64,000 nucleotides of DNA. It comes from an uncultured bacterium. GTDB lineage: Bacteria > Verrucomicrobiota > Verrucomicrobiia > Verrucomicrobiales > V1-33. Each line of letters begins with the position of its first letter. The stretch's first letter is position 1. Positions 61,895-64,000 of the stretch are shown piece by piece. The notes under the pieces are model-generated. The model made no database searches and had not been told where the DNA came from. It saw only the letters and a list, made by a program, of their open reading frames with translations. The stretch covers positions 1,302-65,301 of the forward strand of contig CAJBME010000367.1 in the NCBI GenBank assembly GCA_903954065.1, given 5' to 3'. The translations under genes were made by a program, and so were the position numbers.

Positions 61895-62719
61895 ATGAAA
61901 GCTACAGTGATTCTCCTTCTTGCGGCCCTCATTGGATTCCACGCCTCAGGAGCTGAGGAGACGGGGTCTCCGTTGACGACGTTGACGACGCTTGGAGGGC
62001 GGACCTTCGATGGGGTGAAGGTGTTAAAGCACGATCCGGACGGCTTGGTCTTTCGTCATTCCCTCGGGCTGGCGAAGATTTCATTTAGTGATTTGCCGAC
62101 GTCGGTGCACGAACGCTTTGGGTATCGGGCCGAGGCGGCGGCGGCGTTTGTGAAGGAGCATGTGGAGGCTGGGCGCGTGGCACGGGAGAAGGCGGTGGCG
62201 GCGCGCCATCAGGCGCGGGTGCGCAAGGCCGAGCAAAAGGCGATGCGGTCGCAGCTTGAGTTGATGCGGTGGCAGATGGCGGCGTCCATGGCGGGCGGTG
62301 AATGGCCGGGTTTTGGGGGCGGGGGGGTGCCGTTTTGGGGTGGTGGGTATGGCGGGGGTGATGGCCTGCCAGGATTGGGACGGCCCTTTTTTGGATCTGA
62401 CCGTGATCGGCTTTTTCATGATTACCCTGTGACCCGGTACGTGGGGCCTGATGCGCCTCTTTACAACGGGGCGGTCACGACGTCCTCCGTGCGTCCGTTT
62501 TTGACGTTTGGAGGATACGATTATCCCGTCGATCTCGCCGTGCCCCGTGGCCCATGGCCGAACAGTCAGGGATTTGGAGTGAGACCTCCTCTTTCAGGAA
62601 GCGGGCCGGCTCGCCCCTTTCCGCTCTCACCTCTGGTTCCGGCCAACAGCGGGGGCAACCGCATCGGCGGCACCGGCACTTTGATGCAGACCAGCAGCAA
62701 CCGGATCACGCATCAGTGA
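61895..62719 (+). CDS. hypothetical secreted protein (SHD1-like N-domain, coiled coil, Gly-rich C-terminus)
   Basis: Signal peptide MKATVILLLAALIGFHASGAEE; LTTLGGRTFDGVKVLKHDPDGLVFRHSLGLAKISFSDLP..VHERFGY; a basic coiled coil; GGEWPGFGGGGVPFWGGGYGGGDG. Confidence 0.5.
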   Translation: MKATVILLLAALIGFHASGAEETGSPLTTLTTLGGRTFDGVKVLKHDPDGLVFRHSLGLAKISFSDLPTSVHERFGYRAEAAAAFVKEHVEAGRVAREKAVAARHQARVRKAEQKAMRSQLELMRWQMAASMAGGEWPGFGGGGVPFWGGGYGGGDGLPGLGRPFFGSDRDRLFHDYPVTRYVGPDAPLYNGAVTTSSVRPFLTFGGYDYPVDLAVPRGPWPNSQGFGVRPPLSGSGPARPFPLSPLVPANSGGNRIGGTGTLMQTSSNRITHQ

Positions 62720-62744
62720 GCCCATAAGTCCGGCTGCCGGGGCC

Positions 62745-63320
62745 TCAGCGTGCGCTCAGCGGTGCCGCTGTGCTCAGCGGGTACCAGACATCCTGCCAGA
62801 CGGCGGCTTCGCCTTCCAGGCCAAGTTGTTGCAGGCGCTTCCGGATTTCGTCAGGGTGTGGTTCAGTGATGCCTTCGTTGGCCAGCTGAGCCTCATCAGC
62901 AGGCATTTCGGGAAAGATGAGACAGGCCAGCGCCCAGCAGGCCCATGCTCGCCATGTTCGCAGTTCCTGCCGGGGGCCGACCATGCGGGTGGCGAGATGC
63001 TGGTAGTGGCGGCGGGGGTTGCCTATAAAGTGGTCGGCGTGTCGGTGCTGCATGATCCAAGCCGCTGCGGCATAGGGGAGCGGCCAACGGCCGGGCGCCG
63101 GCTCTCCGCCCGCCAGATCAGCAGACAGGGCGCGGTTGACTAACAACAACGCCTGGGCCGGTCGGCCAGCGAGCCAGAGAGCTTGAGCACATTCGAGAGC
63201 CAGTCCGTAAAACCCAGGTCCCCGGTCAGCTCCCATCTCTTGAATCGACGCCGCAGTCAGGGGACGCGAGGGGATGGGAAGGTGAGGGCAGGCTTCAGGA
63301 GTGGAAGATGAAAGGGTCAC
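62745..63320 (-). CDS. hypothetical protein
   Basis: 191-aa ORF with protein-like composition, downstream of and co-directional with pyrC (32-nt gap). No family recognised. Confidence 0.45.
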   Translation of the reverse strand: MTLSSSTPEACPHLPIPSRPLTAASIQEMGADRGPGFYGLALECAQALWLAGRPAQALLLVNRALSADLAGGEPAPGRWPLPYAAAAWIMQHRHADHFIGNPRRHYQHLATRMVGPRQELRTWRAWACWALACLIFPEMPADEAQLANEGITEPHPDEIRKRLQQLGLEGEAAVWQDVWYPLSTAAPLSAR

Positions 63321-63352
63321 GCCAGAAATGAGATGAGGCGGCAGGTTCTGAA

Positions 63353-64000
63353 TCAGCCTTTGAGAACAGCCTCACCCAGTACCACCATTTCCACCGACCC
63401 CTGCCTCGTCTTGTCCAAAAACGGGGTGTTGACACTTTTCGACTTCATAAAAGCGCGGGTGAAGGTGGTTGTGGCTTGGGGGTCGAACAGCACCATTTCA
63501 GCCCTGGCTCCTGCGGTGATGGTGGCTGGCGGCAGGCCGATCAGTCGTCGCGGCTCGGCAGAATAGCGTCTGACCAGTAGGTCCCACCCGAAGTGGCCGG
63601 GCAGGATGAAATGATGAAAGAGCGAGACGACGGCCGTTTCGAGGCCGGTGATCCCGTTGGGGGCGGCCACGAATTCACGTTTTTTCTCGAAATCGGTGTG
63701 CGGTGCGTGATCGGTGGCGATGCAGTCGAAGAGGCCGGACTTCAACCCCTCTAAGAGACCGGCTCGGTCCTCCGGTGTCCGGAGGGGCGGATTCATTTTG
63801 TAATTGGTGTCGAAGTCGCCGATGTCCTCATCGATAAAAAGCAGGTGGTGGGGGGCTACCTCGCCGGTGACGCGCACACCTTCGTTTTTGTAGCGCTCGA
63901 TCGTCCTCATGCCGCGCACAGTGGTGACATGCTGGATGTGCAGGCGGGCGCCGGTGAATTGGGCCAGCCGGCAGTCGCGGGCCAGACACAATTCCTCGCT
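63353..64000 (-). CDS. pyrC: dihydroorotase, C-terminal part (5' end beyond the right edge)
   Basis: ...ARLHIQHVTT..G...I...K..GVRVTGEVAPHHL...MNPPLR...DR..L..GL..G..DCIATDHAPH...PNGITGLET... The frame stays open to base 64000. Confidence 0.85.
   Translation of the reverse strand, partial: SEELCLARDCRLAQFTGARLHIQHVTTVRGMRTIERYKNEGVRVTGEVAPHHLLFIDEDIGDFDTNYKMNPPLRTPEDRAGLLEGLKSGLFDCIATDHAPHTDFEKKREFVAAPNGITGLETAVVSLFHHFILPGHFGWDLLVRRYSAEPRRLIGLPPATITAGARAEMVLFDPQATTTFTRAFMKSKSVNTPFLDKTRQGSVEMVVLGEAVLKG

Noticed and set aside
61859-61895. Sigma70 promoter at TTGACA (61859-64) upstream of the secreted-protein gene
   Set aside because: No acceptable -10 hexamer lies at 16-18 nt spacing (ACTTTT/CTTTTA). 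The TTGACA is also what the ORF tool used as a TTG start. There is not enough support.
1-64000. tRNA, rRNA, tmRNA, SRP RNA, IS elements
   Set aside because: I scanned the intergenic regions for T-loop (GGTTCGAATCC-like), SRP domain IV and transposase signatures and found none. A tRNAscan/Infernal run would be needed to be definitive.

Overview
GC-rich, densely coding chromosomal window. No rRNA, tRNA, CRISPR array or IS/transposase was recognisable by eye. Gene content points to the PVC superphylum, most likely Verrucomicrobiota; this is inference from family content: PVC-type haem-binding CxxCH protein, PSCyt1/DUF1549/DUF1553, two DUF1501 genes, DUF1800, a Minf_1886-family protein. Layout: (1) 1-4.8 kb: partial multi-PAS sensor plus NarL-type response regulator, transaldolase, a CBM9-like protein, and a small membrane ORF coupled to a Minf_1886-family gene. 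(2) 4.9-22.9 kb: one co-directional minus-strand block holding ridA, lpxD, skp, bamA, a PfkB sugar kinase and a complete, tightly coupled type II secretion operon (gspG-H-I-J-K-L-M-C/PilP-like-D-E-F). (3) 22.9-24.4 kb: a lower-GC stretch with no convincing gene, followed by the most interesting locus. This is a TlpA-like thioredoxin-fold gene that the ORF track splits in two at an in-frame TGA sitting exactly on the first Cys of the CxxC motif (reads L-U-G-P-C), with a plausible SECIS-like hairpin downstream, so it is a candidate selenoprotein. (4) 24.4-33.5 kb: XerC/D-like recombinase, a DUF1800-DUF1501 pair, a squalene/phytoene-synthase-family gene, hemW-like radical SAM, and O-antigen-ligase/TPR. 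(5) 33.6-45.4 kb: four consecutive large exported proteins (PVC haem-binding dehydrogenase-like, a 1317-aa multi-LamG/TSP3-repeat protein, PSCyt1-DUF1549-DUF1553, DUF1501), a candidate uncharacterised extracytoplasmic module. (6) 45.4-46.4 kb: a short CDF-like gene lacking its N-terminal third, bracketed by two direct copies of a ~45-nt element whose third copy, a perfect-stem hairpin, lies at 23.16 kb. (7) 46.4-64 kb: housekeeping and envelope genes (NHL propeller, rhomboid, deoC, GT-C glycosyltransferase, ALDH, lolC/E, multidomain S1C protease, guaB, partial pyrC). Many long ORFs in the track are GC-driven shadow frames and were rejected. Several track ORFs are over-extended at the 5' end, and I give the start I consider most likely.
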